Source: Lama guanicoe
Taxonomy: Eukaryota
Assembly (NCBI GenBank): GCA_013239625.1
Contig: MU053504.1
Coordinates: 2,116,607-2,180,606 of the forward strand
Direction of reading: 5' to 3'
DNA length: 64,000 bases
The notes beneath the pieces are model-generated. The model did not search any database. It worked only from the letters and a program-made list of their open reading frames with translations, and was not told where the DNA came from. Positions 62,062 through 64,000 of this stretch are shown piece by piece; the first letter of the stretch is position 1; the number at the start of each line of letters is the position of its first letter. The position numbers were made by a program, and so were the translations under genes.

Positions 62062-62819
62062 CCTGAATTATATTTTTAAATGGCTATTGTATTTCATTGT
62101 TTTTGTTCTCTTCAGAGATTCCAATTATGCACTAGTTGGCTCTCCTTTGCCTGTTATCCATAGCTGTCTTTAACATGGCAGATCCCAGAAAGCACAGAAA
62201 AGAAAATCAGCTCCGGAAGATGAATCTCTTATTACAATGAGGTAGGAACTGCATCTCAGTGGCTCCACTGGACCCAGTTTAGCTTAACCTAGGCAAGAGC
62301 CTGCAGGATGTGAAGTTCATGAGGTTCACCTGTGTAACTCAGATCTCTGCCTTCTGGTTGGTTTCAGGTCTTCCAACCATGTGGAGCTGGTCTATCCTTT
62401 AGTATTCCAGTACCAGTTTCTTGAGCCCGCATCCTACCTGAAGTGGGATAGTCGGTACTGCCCCAGCACATCGTATGTGTCTCCTGGGCATCGCTTGTTC
62501 TCCTCAGCTTTTGCGGCATTGTGACTTGGATCTCAGGGCATGTGACGACTCCTTTCTCTCTACCCTGATGTGTCTGCCCAGATGCAGAATACATGCTCTT
62601 TCCCTTGATGCCCCCAAAGAATAGGGAATTTGGGAGTAGCAGACTTTTCCTAAAGTTTAAGGGGATAGAGGAGAGTTATCTTATAGAACAACAGAGCATA
62701 AGACTTGAGACTGTCGTGTTCCCTGAAGTCTCTGAACCATTCCCCCCAAGGAGGTCTTCTCCTGGTTCCCTTGGAGCCTTGGCCTCCCATCAACTTTCAG
62801 GCTGCTCCCTTCTTTTTTA

Positions 62820-63030
62820 TTTTTTCACTAAAAATTGTTTTTCTTTCTTCTTTTTATTGTAAAATATGCATAACATAAAATTGACCACTTTAACAATTTT
62901 TAAGTGTACGATTTAGTGGCATTAAGTACACTCACAGTATTGTATCTATTTTCAGAAGGCTTTCATCATTTAAAACAGAAACTCTGTACCCATTAAGCAG
63001 TAACTCCCTGTGCTCTCTTCTGTGCTCTCT
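62820..63030 (-). mobile_element. L1 3' end fragment (L1MB-like)
   Basis: taacataaaattgaccactttaacaatttttaagtgtacgatttagtggcattaagtaca...gaaactctgtacccattaagcagtaactccc. Confidence 0.7.
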
Positions 63031-63121
63031 GGTATCCAGCACCCTCATTTCTTTTCCTGTTTGCACCGGGCAGTTTAGGGCTCCACCCCCCCCACCTAAC
63101 TTGTTCCCAGGCCTACCTTTT

Positions 63122-63199
63122 CCCCCCCTTAACTGATTGAACCCAGGACCTCGTACATACCAAGCACACGCTCTACCACTGAGCTATACCCCTTGACCC
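63122..63199 (-). mobile_element. Short tRNA-derived SINE (Vic-1-like)
   Basis: gattgaacccaggacctcg...ctctaccactgagctatacccc; 17-bp flanks TCCCAGGCCTACCTTTT (63105-63121) and TCCCAGGCCTGCCTTTT (63200-63216). Confidence 0.8.
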
Positions 63200-64000
63200 T
63201 CCCAGGCCTGCCTTTTGATAGCATAGCTGTGCCTCCTTAAAAAGGGGTGGGGGAAGGACTGTCTGGGGCTCCATCTTCAGCAGCTCAAAGCACATTTTCA
63301 GTTCTGCTTTGAAATCACAAACTCTTACAGGACATAATTAAATCTCAGGCAAGACTTCCTTCCACACTGTTATATGTAATGGAAAGATCTATCCTTCCCA
63401 AGGTGAGTCATTTGGTATATATTCCCCTTAAGAGGCAGGTATAGCTGTACTAATTTTTAACAGCTTTTTTCACCCCACCCCCATTATGTATGTTTATGTG
63501 TGTGTTATGTAGTTTAATACTTCTTTTTCCCATCAGGTTATAATCTCCAGGAGAATTTATATTGTGTCTTTTATTTTTTACATTTTACTTAACACCTGAC
63601 ATGGCACTGAGGCACATAGCAGCCACCCAATATATATTGAATGAATGCATGCATAAATAAAAAGGTGGTTTATAGGAGAGGCTTGGGGCCAGGGATTCTG
63701 CAACATCTCCATGTAGCAACTTTTTCTTTCTCCTGGGAAGCAGATAGAAACAACAGACTGTGTCTGTTGTCTCTCAAGGTTGGAGCTGCTCAGGATCATA
63801 AGTCCCTTTCCCAGAAGATAAGCTACTTGTTACAGCAAAGGAAACATCATGTAGCACTTGCAGGTTTCCTGCTGCAAGGCTCCCTGTGTTCGCAGGTTAT
63901 GCTGACTTGCTTTCTACACTTCTGCTAATGAATAGGAATGATCCTTCCCTTCAGTGTTCTGAGAGAGGTTAGAGTTACCACAGGCCTATGATTTCTGCCC

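Noticed and set aside
1..64000. CRISPR array, prokaryotic operon or other novel multi-gene system
   Set aside because: No repeat-spacer structure seen. All coding signal is explained by six known spliced or intronless mammalian genes in their expected order; the remaining ORFs look like chance GC-rich frames.

Overview
Mammalian genomic DNA, most likely a camelid (inferred from several Vic-1-like tRNA-derived SINEs). It is the conserved block syntenic with human 20p13: 3' part of HSPA12B (+), ADISSP/C20orf27 (-), SPEF1 (-), intronless CENPB (-), CDC25B (+, 16 coding exons) and AP5S1 (+), followed by repeat-rich DNA (L1, SINEs). All six genes could be spliced by hand at GT-AG junctions into intact reading frames. 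There is one 24-N assembly gap just upstream of the CENPB ATG. I found no convincing previously undescribed biological system. The observations worth checking are gene-level: a candidate internal CDC25B promoter, apparent lineage-specific changes in the alternatively spliced CDC25B N-terminus, CENP-B with degenerate catalytic residues, a 21-bp VNTR in the ADISSP first exon, promoter motifs, and retrotransposon insertions with intact target-site duplications. Comparisons to human proteins are from memory and need alignment.
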